A DNA stretch of 64,000 bases from an uncultured Clostridia bacterium (GTDB lineage Bacteria > Bacillota > Clostridia > Christensenellales > UBA1242). The DNA lies in assembly GCA_944377165.1 (NCBI GenBank), contig CALWEJ010000003.1, positions 10,150-74,149 of the forward strand, written 5' to 3'. Below the pieces are notes generated by a model. The model was not told the DNA's origin. It worked only from the letters and a program-made list of their open reading frames with translations, and ran no database searches. Of the stretch, positions 20,715 through 30,211 are shown piece after piece. The translations under genes and the position numbers were made by a program. How positions within the stretch are numbered: position 1 is the stretch's first letter; every line of letters starts with the position of its first letter.

Positions 20715-21224
20715 ATGAAAGTTAAGAAATTAGGTCGTCCAACTGAAGAAAGATTAGCTATTATGCGCAATCAAGCTACTGATCTTCTTTGGAAAGGCAA
20801 GATTGAAACTACTTTAGCAAGAGCAAAGTCTTTAAAGAGCTATGTTGAAAAACTTTTAACTTTAGCAATTAATTCTTATGAAGACGTTGTAAAGGTTGAA
20901 AAATCTTTCGTTAATGCTAAGGGCGAAAAATCTACACGTGAAGTTATGAACGACGGTCCAAAGAAGCTTGCTGCTCGTAGAAAAATCACTGCTAAAACTT
21001 ACAGTGTGAAAGAAGAACGCAAGCCAGGTGAAAAGAAAGCTGACTATATTGCACGTATAGATAATATTAAAAATCCGCTTCTTGAAAAAATCTTTAACAT
21101 TTATGCACCTAAATATGCTGAACGTGCTAAAGAATTAGGTCAAAAGGGTGGATATACTCGTATTGTTAAATTAGGTCTTAGAAAAGGCGATAATGCTGAA
21201 ATGGCTATCATCGAGTTAATATAA
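20715..21224 (+). CDS. rplQ: 50S ribosomal protein L17 (with ~50-aa internal insertion)
   Basis: 169 aa. Both L17 ends are conserved (MKVKKLGRPTEERLAIMRNQ... and ...GGYTRIVKLGLRKGDNAEMAIIELI). Confidence 0.93.
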   Translation: MKVKKLGRPTEERLAIMRNQATDLLWKGKIETTLARAKSLKSYVEKLLTLAINSYEDVVKVEKSFVNAKGEKSTREVMNDGPKKLAARRKITAKTYSVKEERKPGEKKADYIARIDNIKNPLLEKIFNIYAPKYAERAKELGQKGGYTRIVKLGLRKGDNAEMAIIELI

Positions 21225-21236
21225 TACAAACGATAA

Positions 21237-21259
21237 ATGGGCAATTATGCTCATTTTTT
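21237..21259 (+). terminator. rho-independent terminator after rplQ
   Basis: ATGGGCA-atta-TGCTCAT (one G-U pair) followed by TTTTT. Confidence 0.6.
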
Positions 21260-21294
21260 ACTCACTCAAAAATATACTATATCAAAGGATTTTT

Positions 21295-21900
21295 ATGATA
21301 AAGAAAATGATAAATATTTATAATACACCTGAACTTAAAGGTAAAGTTGGTGAATACTGGTTTAAATTTCCAAATGGAAAGATTAGTGGACCTTATTATA
21401 ATGCACGTAATTTTTCAGCAGGATTTGCAGCTGTTCAAGAGTTTAAGAATGGGGAATGGAAATTTTTAAATCAACGACAAGCACTTTCAAGAGATAGCTA
21501 TGCTAGCGTTAATAATTATGACGATCATAACGGATTTGCTCAAGTTTGTCTTCCCGAGTCACGCGCTATTAACGGTGAAGTCATATTCCATAGAGATTGT
21601 TTAGGTAGATTGTCTAATGGGCTAACAGACTCAGGTCAGGCATTTTATTTATATTTAACTGGTCAAGTTGATTGGAAAAATATGAAAATGGAATATTTCC
21701 TTGACGTCAAATTTAAACAAGGTATTTTAAAAGAAGAAATGCGTAGATTTATTGCTAAATACCCTGAGTCCACAAAAGAAGAAAAACAAGAGTTTTTGAG
21801 CAATTTGGAAGACAAAATTCAATTTTTAATTTGTGAAGAAATGAGAGAAAAATATTCAAAACATAATGAGCAAGCGGGCGGTTGGAATATTGAAGATTAA
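21295..21900 (+). CDS. hypothetical protein with WG/KWG-like repeat motifs
   Basis: Track ORF 21247-21900 overlaps the rplQ terminator, so ATG 21295 after an AAGGA SD is preferred. NGKISGPYYNARNFSAGFAAVQEFKNGEWKFLN resembles WG-containing repeats. Confidence 0.5.
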   Translation: MIKKMINIYNTPELKGKVGEYWFKFPNGKISGPYYNARNFSAGFAAVQEFKNGEWKFLNQRQALSRDSYASVNNYDDHNGFAQVCLPESRAINGEVIFHRDCLGRLSNGLTDSGQAFYLYLTGQVDWKNMKMEYFLDVKFKQGILKEEMRRFIAKYPESTKEEKQEFLSNLEDKIQFLICEEMREKYSKHNEQAGGWNIED

Positions 21901-21997
21901 ACTATTTAGTCAATACCATATTACATATTAGATACTAGATAATATTTATGAAAACAATACAAAATGCTTAATAAATTTATAATTTCAGATTGAAAAG

Positions 21998-22026
21998 ATA
22001 ATAGATTTTATTTCTATTATTTTTTT
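21998..22026 (+). terminator. rho-independent terminator
   Basis: ATAATAGA-ttttatt-TCTATTAT followed by TTTTTT. Confidence 0.65.
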
Positions 22027-22104
22027 ATGAAAAAAATTTCAAAATATCTCATAAGATAAAGACTTAGGTAAAATCTTTGGTTGCTACGTTTTCAAAAAAA
22101 TTAA

Positions 22105-22410
22105 ATAAATTATCTAAAAACTATCAGTAAAATTGTTCAAACTATTGACAATTTTACTTTTTTTTATTTAAATTCAGTTATGTCATTTCTCGTAAATTCG
22201 AAATGACGAAACTTCATAAATTATCTAAAAAATTGTTATAAAGTATTTTCTTTTCAATATTTTTATATAATTTACTTGTTAGAACACTTAAAAGTGTTGA
22301 AACTGCATAAATCATCTAAAAACTGTCAGTAAAATTGTTCAAACTATTGACAATTTTACTTTTTTTTTATATAATTTATTTGTTATAGATTAAATGCTGC
22401 TATGTCTATA
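22105..22410 (+). repeat. three tandem promoter-plus-hairpin modules upstream of rpsL
   Basis: The units begin at about 22105, 22215 and 22306, each with CATAAATYATCTAAAAA. A 54-nt segment at 22112-22165 recurs at 22314-22367 with one mismatch and contains TTGACA. Units 2 and 3 share TTTTATATAATTTAYTTGTTA. Each unit ends in a hairpin (22182-22207, about 22283-22298, about 22386-22410), and the first two are followed by GAAACT. Confidence 0.8.
22347..22375 (+). promoter_or_regulatory. proximal str-operon promoter (P3)
   Basis: TTGACA (22347-22352), a 17-nt spacer, then TATAAT (22370-22375). A weaker duplicate has TTGACA at 22145-22150 with a poor -10. Confidence 0.65.
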
Positions 22411-22443
22411 TAAGAGGTTGCAAAAATTTATAAGGAGGAAATA

Positions 22444-22815
22444 ATGCCTACAGTTAATCAATTGGTTAGAAAAGGTAGAGTTAAACAAGTAGCTAAAAGT
22501 CAATCAATACTTTTGGATGAATGCCCACAAAAACGTGGTGTTTGTTTATCTGTCACTACTACTACACCTAAAAAACCTAACTCAGCTTTACGTAAGATTT
22601 GTCGTGTTCGTTTGTCTAATGGCAAGGAAACTACTTGCTATATCCCAGGCGAAGGTCACAATCTTCAAGAGCATAATGTTGTATTAGTTCGTGGCGGACG
22701 TGTGCCTGACCTACCAGGTGTTAGATATCACGTTATCCGTGGTGCGCTTGATACAGCTGCTGTTCAAAAGCGTAAACAAGGTAGAAGTAAATACGGCGCT
22801 AAACGTCCTAAATAA
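22444..22815 (+). CDS. rpsL: 30S ribosomal protein S12
   Basis: 123 aa starting [12 protein letters not shown]... and containing [10 protein letters not shown]. Confidence 0.98.
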   Translation: MPTVNQLVRKGRVKQVAKSQSILLDECPQKRGVCLSVTTTTPKKPNSALRKICRVRLSNGKETTCYIPGEGHNLQEHNVVLVRGGRVPDLPGVRYHVIRGALDTAAVQKRKQGRSKYGAKRPK

Positions 22816-22903
22816 TATTACGTTTAACGTTTTATTTCATAAGTCGATATAGATAAATTTATCTATTATAAATTTTGTAATTTTATTATATAAGGAGAAA
22901 GAT

Positions 22904-23374
22904 ATGTCAAGAAGAAATGCGGCTGTAAAGCGCGAAGTATTGCCAGACCCAATGTATAATTCTAAACTTGTGACAAAAATTATTAATCAAGTTATGATGG
23001 ACGGTAAAAAAGGTCTTGCTCAATCTATTGTGTACAGCGCTATGAAGACAGCTGGCGAAAAGATTAATGAAGATGCTCTAGTTGTTTTAACTACAGCTAT
23101 CGAAAATATTAAACCAAAGCTCGAAACTAAAGCTAGACGTGTCGGCGGTGCTAACTACCAAGTTCCTATGGAAATTAGTGCTGAACGTCAACAAACACTA
23201 GCTATTCGTTGGTTAGTTTTATGCGCAAGAAAGCGCAACGAACGCGGTATGGAAGCTCGTCTTTCTGCTGAAATAGTTGATGCATACAATCAAGCTGGTG
23301 GCGCAATCAAGAAGCGCGACGATATGCACAGACAAGCAGAAGCGAACAAGGCATTCGCACACTATCGTTGGTAA
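22904..23374 (+). CDS. rpsG: 30S ribosomal protein S7
   Basis: 156 aa starting [20 protein letters not shown]... Confidence 0.98.
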   Translation: MSRRNAAVKREVLPDPMYNSKLVTKIINQVMMDGKKGLAQSIVYSAMKTAGEKINEDALVVLTTAIENIKPKLETKARRVGGANYQVPMEISAERQQTLAIRWLVLCARKRNERGMEARLSAEIVDAYNQAGGAIKKRDDMHRQAEANKAFAHYRW

Positions 23375-23386
23375 TAGGGGGATATA

Positions 23387-25468
23387 ATGGGAAGACAAGT
23401 TCCGTTAGAGAAAATTAGAAATATTGGTATTATGGCCCACATCGATACAGGTAAAACTACCACTACTGAACGTATTTTGTTCTACACTGGTATTAACCAC
23501 AAAATCGGTGAGGTTCATGATGGTGAAGCTACGATGGACTGGATGGCTCAAGAGCAAGAACGTGGTATAACAATCACGTCCGCTTGTACAACTTGTAAGT
23601 GGCAAGATTGCACAATCAATATTATTGATACTCCAGGACACGTTGACTTTACAGTAGAAGTTGAACGTTCACTTAAAGTGCTAGACGGTGCAGTAGCATT
23701 ATTTAGTGCACGTGCTGGTGTTCAAGCACAAAGTGAAAACGTTTGGCGTCAAGCTTCAAAATTTAATGTTCCACGTCTTTGCTTTATAAACAAGATGGAC
23801 ATTAATGATGCTAACTTCTTAAAAGCTGTTAAGAGCATTAGAGAAGTTTTAGGTGCTAATGCTGTGCCTATTCAATTGCCTATAGGCGATGCTGAAACAT
23901 TTAAAGGTATAGTTGACCTTGTTAAAATGAAAGCATATGTATTCTATGACGATTTAGGAAAAGATGTTAGAGAGGAAGAAATCCCTGCTGATATGCTTAA
24001 GGATTGTCAAGAATATAGACAAAAAATGATTGAGTCTATAGCAGAAACAGATGATGCTTTGCTTGATAAATTCTTCGCTGGTGAGGAATTCACTATTGAT
24101 GAAATCAAGAAAGGCATCCGCAAAGCTACTTGTCAATTAAAGATGTTCCCAGTTCTTTGCGGTACTGCTGCTAAGAATAAGGGTATTCAAGAGTTGTTGG
24201 ACGCGATTGTTGATTATATGCCAAGCCCAATAGAAGTTCCACCTATCAAAGGTGTTATGTTAGATGGTACTCTAGTTGAAAGAAACAACAGTGATGACGA
24301 ACCATTCGCTGCTCTTGCATTTAAGATTGCTACTGACCCATATGTTGGTCGTATCACATTTATTCGTGTATATAGCGGTAAATTGACTGCTGGTAGTTAT
24401 GTTCTTAATGCAAATAAAGATAAGAAAGAACGTATCGGTCGTTTGCTTCATATGCACGCAAACAACAGAACTGATATTCCAGAAGTCCTTGCTGGTGATA
24501 TATGCGCAGTAGTAGGATTGAAGAATACTGGTACTGGTGATACACTTTGTGATGAAAAGTTCCCTATTAAGTTGGAAGAAATGGAATTTATGAAGCCGGT
24601 TATCGAGCAAGCTATCGAACCAAAAGATAAGCAAGCACAAGAGAAACTTGGTATTGCACTTCAAAAACTTATGGAAGAAGACCCTACATTCAAAGCATAC
24701 ACTGATGACCAAACTGGTCAAACAATTATCGCAGGTATGGGCGAACTTCATTTGGATATCTTAGTTGATAGAATGAGACGTGAATTTGGTGTTGATGTTA
24801 ACGTCGGTAAACCACAAGTTGCTTACAAAGAAACTATCCGTAAAGCAGTTGAAGCTGAAGGTAAGTATATCAAACAATCGGGTGGTCGTGGACAATACGG
24901 ACACTGTAAAATTAAGATGGAGCCACTTGAGAGAGATAAAGGCTACATCTTCGAAAGCGCAGTTGTCGGTGGTGCTATCCCTAAAGAATTTATTCCACCT
25001 ATTGACGCGGGTATTCAAGAAGCTAAGAAGTCAGGTGTAGTAGCTGGATACGAAACAATAGACTTTAAGGTGACAGTATATGACGGTTCATATCACGATG
25101 TCGATTCATCTGAAATGGCATTTAAGATTGCTGGTTCGTTAGCATTCAGAGAAGCTATGAAAAAAGCGGACCCTGTTTTACTAGAACCTGTTATGAAAGT
25201 CGAAGTTAATACTCCAGACGAATACTTAGGTACAGTAATGGGCGGATTAACTTCACGTCGTGGTGTATTAACTGGCACTGAAGCTAAATTTGGTACTCAA
25301 GTAATTCACGCTGAAGTTCCACTTTCTGAAATGTTCGGTTATTCTACTGACCTACGTGGCTCTACACAAGGTCGTGGTACATTTACTATGGTGTTCGACC
25401 ACTATGCTGAATGTCCTAAAAATGTTGCAGATAAAATTATCGGCGATAGAAAAAAATTAGAGAATTAA
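23387..25468 (+). CDS. fusA: elongation factor G
   Basis: 693 aa with G motifs ([18 protein letters not shown]). Confidence 0.98.
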   Translation: MGRQVPLEKIRNIGIMAHIDTGKTTTTERILFYTGINHKIGEVHDGEATMDWMAQEQERGITITSACTTCKWQDCTINIIDTPGHVDFTVEVERSLKVLDGAVALFSARAGVQAQSENVWRQASKFNVPRLCFINKMDINDANFLKAVKSIREVLGANAVPIQLPIGDAETFKGIVDLVKMKAYVFYDDLGKDVREEEIPADMLKDCQEYRQKMIESIAETDDALLDKFFAGEEFTIDEIKKGIRKATCQLKMFPVLCGTAAKNKGIQELLDAIVDYMPSPIEVPPIKGVMLDGTLVERNNSDDEPFAALAFKIATDPYVGRITFIRVYSGKLTAGSYVLNANKDKKERIGRLLHMHANNRTDIPEVLAGDICAVVGLKNTGTGDTLCDEKFPIKLEEMEFMKPVIEQAIEPKDKQAQEKLGIALQKLMEEDPTFKAYTDDQTGQTIIAGMGELHLDILVDRMRREFGVDVNVGKPQVAYKETIRKAVEAEGKYIKQSGGRGQYGHCKIKMEPLERDKGYIFESAVVGGAIPKEFIPPIDAGIQEAKKSGVVAGYETIDFKVTVYDGSYHDVDSSEMAFKIAGSLAFREAMKKADPVLLEPVMKVEVNTPDEYLGTVMGGLTSRRGVLTGTEAKFGTQVIHAEVPLSEMFGYSTDLRGSTQGRGTFTMVFDHYAECPKNVADKIIGDRKKLEN

Positions 25469-25486
25469 AAAAGGTATAAAAATTAC

Positions 25487-25516
25487 TTGACTTTAATATT
25501 TTAATTAGAGTAAAAT
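25487..25516 (+). promoter_or_regulatory. possible internal tuf promoter
   Basis: TTGACT (25487-25492), an 18-nt spacer, then TAAAAT (25511-25516), in the fusA-tuf spacer. Confidence 0.35.
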
Positions 25517-25549
25517 AAAATAGTAAATTTATAAAGGAGATTATATATT

Positions 25550-26755
25550 ATGGCAAAAGCTAAATTTGATAGATCTAAGCCACATCTTAATATTGGTACT
25601 ATCGGTCACGTTGACCACGGTAAAACTACTTTAACCGCTGCTATCAATACTTGGTTGGCTAAGAAAGGTTTTAAAGCTGACGCTAAGGGGTATGCTGATA
25701 TCGATAATACTCCAGAAGAAAGAGCTCGCGGTATTACAATTAATACTGCTCACATCGAGTATGAAACTGAGAAGCGTCACTATGCACACGTAGACTGCCC
25801 AGGACACGCAGACTATGTTAAAAATATGATTACAGGTGCTGCACAAATGGATGGTGCTATCCTTGTTGTTGCTGCTACTGATGGTCCAATGCCTCAAACT
25901 AAAGAGCACATCCTTCTTGCTCGTCAAGTAGGTGTTCCTTACATTATCGTGTTTATGAACAAGACAGACCTTGTTGATGACCCTGAAATCCTTGAATTAG
26001 TTGAGATGGAAGTTCGTGATTTGTTATCATCTTACGGATTCCCTGGTGATACTACTCCAGTTATCAAAGGTAGTGCATTAAAAGCTCTTGAAGCTGCTTC
26101 TGCTGGCAACGTTGATGACCCAGCTTGCAATTGCATCAAGGAATTAATGGATGCTGTTGATAGCTATATCCCAGACCCAATACGTGATACTGATAAGCCA
26201 TTCTTAATGCCTATTGAAGACGTCTTCACTATTACTGGTCGTGGTACAGTTGCTACTGGTAGAGTAGAACGTGGTGTTGTTAAAATCAACGAAGAAGTAG
26301 AATTAGTTGGTATCAGACCTACTCGTAAAGTAGTTGTCACTGGTATTGAAATGTTCAGAAAGTCACTTGACGAAGCTCGTTCAGGAGATAATGCTGGTCT
26401 ATTACTTCGTGGTTTGGACCGTAAAGACGTTGAACGTGGTCAAGTTCTTGCTAAACCTGGTTCAATTACACCTCACACTAAATTCAAAGCTGAAGTTTAC
26501 GTTTTGAAGAAAGAAGAGGGTGGCCGTCATACTCCATTCTTCAATGGTTATCGTCCACAATTCTTCGTTCGTACAACTGATATTACAGGTTCTATTAAAC
26601 TTCCTGAAGGAGTTGAAATGGTTATGCCTGGTGATAACATCTCTATGGAAATCGAACTTATTCACCCAATCGCTATCGAAAAAGGTATGAGATTCGCTAT
26701 CCGTGAAGGTGGACGTACAGTTGGTTCTGGTGTTGTATCAGAAATCGAAGGTTAG
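25550..26755 (+). CDS. tuf: elongation factor Tu
   Basis: 401 aa with [14 protein letters not shown] and NKTD motifs. Confidence 0.98.
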   Translation: MAKAKFDRSKPHLNIGTIGHVDHGKTTLTAAINTWLAKKGFKADAKGYADIDNTPEERARGITINTAHIEYETEKRHYAHVDCPGHADYVKNMITGAAQMDGAILVVAATDGPMPQTKEHILLARQVGVPYIIVFMNKTDLVDDPEILELVEMEVRDLLSSYGFPGDTTPVIKGSALKALEAASAGNVDDPACNCIKELMDAVDSYIPDPIRDTDKPFLMPIEDVFTITGRGTVATGRVERGVVKINEEVELVGIRPTRKVVVTGIEMFRKSLDEARSGDNAGLLLRGLDRKDVERGQVLAKPGSITPHTKFKAEVYVLKKEEGGRHTPFFNGYRPQFFVRTTDITGSIKLPEGVEMVMPGDNISMEIELIHPIAIEKGMRFAIREGGRTVGSGVVSEIEG

Positions 26756-26761
26756 TTATAT

Positions 26762-26789
26762 AAAAATCTCGCAGTAGCGAGATTTTTTT
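26762..26789 (+). terminator. rho-independent terminator after tuf
   Basis: ATCTCGC-agta-GCGAGAT followed by TTTTTTT. Confidence 0.85.
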
Positions 26790-26790
26790 A

Positions 26791-26818
26791 TTGACATATT
26801 TAAAATCTATGATATAAT
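26791..26818 (+). promoter_or_regulatory. promoter for ORF 26837
   Basis: TTGACA (26791-26796), a 16-nt spacer, then TGATATAAT (extended -10; TATAAT at 26813-26818). Confidence 0.6.
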
Positions 26819-26836
26819 ACCATAAAGGATTTTAAT

Positions 26837-27100
26837 ATGGAAATAAAAAATAAAATATATTTTCAGAATATTATTGCAATTAAGAAAAAAGGTAAAGTCG
26901 ACCACTTTGAAGTTCTACCTCGTACTTTGATTGATATAGCAATTGCAGAAGTGATTTTGTTTTTGCAAATTTCAAATTTAGATGGGGAATACATATTAAA
27001 ATTTAATAACGTAAAATTGTTTTTATCTCAAGATTCAGATATTGCAGCAAAGATTGATGAGTATTACGAATTTTATAATAATGATGTGAAGAGATTATAG
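26837..27100 (+). CDS. hypothetical protein
   Basis: 87-aa ORF with its own promoter and an AAAGGA SD. No family recognised. Confidence 0.5.
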   Translation: MEIKNKIYFQNIIAIKKKGKVDHFEVLPRTLIDIAIAEVILFLQISNLDGEYILKFNNVKLFLSQDSDIAAKIDEYYEFYNNDVKRL

Positions 27101-27222
27101 TCCTTATTTAAATATAATTTACGATTAAAAAAATATTATGATTTACCTTACATAACAGAAAATATAAATTAATATAATACACAAAAATTAAAATATTTGA
27201 TATTACATTAAAGGAAATAAAT

Positions 27223-27273
27223 ATGTTTAATACAATTAAAAGTCTAAATATTTGGAGTACACGCTGGCGCTAA
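27223..27273 (+). CDS. candidate Trp-rich leader peptide upstream of trpS (MFNTIKSLNIWSTRWR)
   Basis: 16 codons preceded by AAAGGA 7 nt upstream and by TATAAT at 27173-27178. Two TGG codons (27251, 27265) lie inside a local GC-rich patch within a ~90% AT spacer. Confidence 0.3.
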   Translation: MFNTIKSLNIWSTRWR

Positions 27274-27306
27274 TATACAGTTTATTTTTTGTATTTTCAA
27301 TAAATA

Positions 27307-27338
27307 ACTGTCATATTTTATTTGTGTGGCAGTTTTTT
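27307..27338 (+). terminator. candidate attenuator terminator in trpS upstream region
   Basis: ACTGTCA (27307-27313) pairs with TGGCAGT (27327-27333), followed by TTTTT. ACAGTT (27277-27282) can pair with AACTGT (27306-11) as a competing structure. Confidence 0.35.
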
Positions 27339-27620
27339 AATTATTTATACAATAAAATATTAATATTTATAAATTTAGTTTTATGATAAATTATTAATTA
27401 AAGGCATAAATAAACAATATTTTTTGTATTTATGTATATTATAAATTCATTATTAAAATTAAATAAATATTATAATTATAATAAAAATGTTAATTAAAAT
27501 TATAAAATATTCAATAATTTATTATTTAAATATGTTTTTATAGAATTAATTATGATTTATAAAATATTAAATTAATTGATTAAATAAAAAAATTATATTA
27601 AAATATTATAGGAGTAAAAT

Positions 27621-28667
27621 ATGAAGAAAATTATATTAACCGGTGATAGACCTACTGGACATTTGCATATTGGACATTATGTGGGCTCTTTAAAGAGAAG
27701 ATTAGAATTACAAGAAAAAGGCGATTATGACGAATATTATATTATGATAGCAGATGCTCAAGCATTGACTGATAATTTCGGTAATGTACAAAAAGTTAAA
27801 GATAATGTTTTACAAGTTATGTTGGATTATTTAGCGATTGGATTAGACCCTAATAAAGTGACCTTTTTTGTGCAAAGCGAAGTTAGTGAATTAACTGAAT
27901 TCACTTTCTATTATATGAATTTGGTGACACTTGCGCGACTTGAGAGAAATCCTACTGTGAAAGAAGAACTAAAACAAAAATCGTTTTCTAATAATATTCC
28001 AATGGGCTTCTTAACTTATCCTGTAAGCCAAACGGCAGATATTACAGCATTCAATGCTACAATAATCCCTGTTGGCGACGACCAACTACCAATGATAGAA
28101 CAAGCCCGCGAGATTGTGCGCTCATTTAATAATCTTTATGGAGAAATATTACTTGAGCCGAAAGCTGTTTTGCCAGAGAATGAAAATGCTTTTAGACTTG
28201 TAGGTACCGACGGGAAAGCTAAAATGAGTAAATCATTAAATAATTGCATATATTTAAGTGATAGCGAAGAAGAAATTAAACAAAAAGTATTCTCTATGTA
28301 CACAGACCCAGACCATATTCACGTGGAAGACCCGGGTAAAGTTGAAGGCAATACAGTATTTATGTATTTGGACGTATTTTCGAAGCCAACTGATTTCGCA
28401 AAATATTTGCCTGAATACAAATCACTAGACGAACTTAAAGACCACTATAGACGTGGGGGCTTAGGTGATATGAAAATTAAAAAATTTTTAAATAATATTT
28501 TGCAAGAATTCCTTAGACCTATTCGAGAAAGAAGATTAGAACTAGAGAAAAATTCGGATAAAATATTTGAGATTTTAAAAAAAGGTACAATGAAAGCAAG
28601 GAAAGTTGCACACGAAAATTTAATAAAATTAAAAACTGCTATGGGTATAAACTATTTTAATAATTAA
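27621..28667 (+). CDS. trpS: tryptophan--tRNA ligase
   Basis: 348 aa with a HIGH-type motif (TGHLHIGHY) and KMSKS. Confidence 0.96.
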   Translation: MKKIILTGDRPTGHLHIGHYVGSLKRRLELQEKGDYDEYYIMIADAQALTDNFGNVQKVKDNVLQVMLDYLAIGLDPNKVTFFVQSEVSELTEFTFYYMNLVTLARLERNPTVKEELKQKSFSNNIPMGFLTYPVSQTADITAFNATIIPVGDDQLPMIEQAREIVRSFNNLYGEILLEPKAVLPENENAFRLVGTDGKAKMSKSLNNCIYLSDSEEEIKQKVFSMYTDPDHIHVEDPGKVEGNTVFMYLDVFSKPTDFAKYLPEYKSLDELKDHYRRGGLGDMKIKKFLNNILQEFLRPIRERRLELEKNSDKIFEILKKGTMKARKVAHENLIKLKTAMGINYFNN

Positions 28668-28932
28668 TAAAATAGAAAATTCAATAAATATATTGTGAAA
28701 AAGTAAAAAATAAATAAAAAATTATTAAGACAATAATAAATTCAATAAATAATTATAAAATAAGTAAAAATAGTATTAAAATGATTATAAAATAACGAAA
28801 AAATTATATTTAAATAATTATATAGTAAATAAAAATATTAATAAATAATAAAAAACGAATAAAAAACAAATAAATTATATTTAAATCATAATTTTAATAA
28901 AATTTATTAATTATTTTAAAATTATCAAATAT

Positions 28933-28962
28933 AAAAATCCACCAATAATATGGTGGATTTTT
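28933..28962. terminator. bidirectional terminator
   Basis: AAAAATCCACCA-ataata-TGGTGGATTTTT lies immediately downstream of the minus-strand 60-aa ORF. Confidence 0.8.
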
Positions 28963-28964
28963 AA

Positions 28965-29147
28965 TTAAATAAATCCGCGCTGTTGACCACAGACATAACA
29001 GTTATTCGTATTGCCTTGATTATAAGCACCGAGCGCTAAAAGTAGTAGCAATAAGAATGTAGTGTTAGTCGCTAGATTTGTATTTGTCGCTTGTGCAATT
29101 ATTGCAATCAAAATAGCAAATAAAATATAAAACGCGTTTGTATTCAT
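28965..29147 (-). CDS. small hydrophobic two-helix membrane peptide with C-terminal CxxC
   Basis: 60 aa with a strong AAGGAG SD 7 nt upstream. Two hydrophobic segments are separated by TNTNLATNTT. The C-terminus reads NNCYVCGQQRGFI. A terminator lies directly downstream. Confidence 0.55.
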   Translation of the reverse strand: MNTNAFYILFAILIAIIAQATNTNLATNTTFLLLLLLALGAYNQGNTNNCYVCGQQRGFI

Positions 29148-29250
29148 TTTCTTGCTCCTTATATAAAATTATTTGTTTATTTTATTTATTCGACAAAATA
29201 AATTATTGTGAATATTTTGCGACTAAATTATTTTTTTGTAATATATATTT

Positions 29251-29571
29251 ATGAGTTTAGAAATTAGTGAAGAATTAGCATTAAAAAATTTTATGCCTAA
29301 AAAATCTGATTTAAAAAATATGACAACACTTTTTTATGCTTTTAGTGATGACACGCGATTAAAGATTATTGTCTTACTATCGATACGTGCACTCTGTGTT
29401 AGTGATATATCATTGATATTAGGAATTAATCAAACGACAATTAGTCATCAATTAAAAATTTTAAAATCAATCAACATTGTCGCCTGTGATAGGGAAGGGA
29501 AAAATATAATTTATTACATAAAAAATCCTTCAATTCAAGATGTACTTAATGCGTCAGTGGATTGTATATAG
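29251..29571 (+). CDS. ArsR/SmtB family transcriptional regulator
   Basis: 106 aa. It shows winged-HTH ArsR signatures (FYAFSDDTRLKIIVLL...LCVSDISLILGINQTTISHQLKILK). Confidence 0.85.
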   Translation: MSLEISEELALKNFMPKKSDLKNMTTLFYAFSDDTRLKIIVLLSIRALCVSDISLILGINQTTISHQLKILKSINIVACDREGKNIIYYIKNPSIQDVLNASVDCI

Positions 29572-29601
29572 CATAATTATTAAAATTTCATACTATGTAG
29601 T

Positions 29602-30114
29602 ATGAAGATTGTTTGTGTGTGTGGTGGTAGTTATAAGTCGTTTTACTTAAATTATTTTATTAACCTTAAATCGTGTGATTTGTTAATTTTAAATTTTGGG
29701 ATTATTTATGATTATAATCTAGAAAATGAAACTCGTGGCGACAGGATTGTAAATAAAGAACTTAGTATGCTGTCAAAGAAATTAAATGCTACCATTGTTG
29801 CCGGAGTAAATATAATTGATAAAGAAATTTATCAAGGTATAATTGTTTGCAATCGTGATAAGATTACACTAGCTCGCGCAGATAAAGGAGCAATGGTTTT
29901 TTGTAAAAATAGGCTTTTTGCAATAGGGAATGGCAATATGAAAGTCCAACAAACTAATAAAATCATATTAACTAACAAGCGCATATATCCCAATTTAAAA
30001 CACTGCAGAAGAAATAAAACATTCATTTTTTGTGATAAATTTGGTGTAGGAGTGGTACAAAATCAAAAATTAACGAGAAAATTTTACAAATATTCAAAAA
30101 TTATTTTGAAATAA
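29602..30114 (+). CDS. hypothetical Cys-rich protein
   Basis: 170-aa ORF 30 nt after the ArsR gene. There is no obvious SD and no family was recognised with confidence. Confidence 0.45.
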   Translation: MKIVCVCGGSYKSFYLNYFINLKSCDLLILNFGIIYDYNLENETRGDRIVNKELSMLSKKLNATIVAGVNIIDKEIYQGIIVCNRDKITLARADKGAMVFCKNRLFAIGNGNMKVQQTNKIILTNKRIYPNLKHCRRNKTFIFCDKFGVGVVQNQKLTRKFYKYSKIILK

Positions 30115-30211
30115 TTATATGGTATGATATAATAAAATAAATATATTAGGTTGATACTATTAACTTTTACCTGATAGAACGCGAGTTGGCGTTTTTACGG
30201 AGAAATTGATT

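Noticed and set aside
22816-22903. Palindrome TATAGATAAATTTATCTATA in the rpsL-rpsG spacer as a regulatory site.
   Set aside because: It is a short AT-only inverted repeat, which is expected by chance in this composition, and it has no supporting context.
27101-28964. T-box riboswitch upstream of trpS; likewise upstream of argS at 48091-48342.
   Set aside because: I could not find the conserved T-box sequence (AGGGTGGNACCGCG-like) or a GC-containing specifier/antiterminator architecture on the relevant strand. These regions are almost pure A+T. The argS promoter abuts the ATG.
29602-30114. Assigning the 170-aa ORF to the nitrilase/CN-hydrolase superfamily.
   Set aside because: There is only a vague pattern resemblance (…IVAGVNI…). 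It is too short, and the catalytic Glu-Lys-Cys triad could not be identified by eye.
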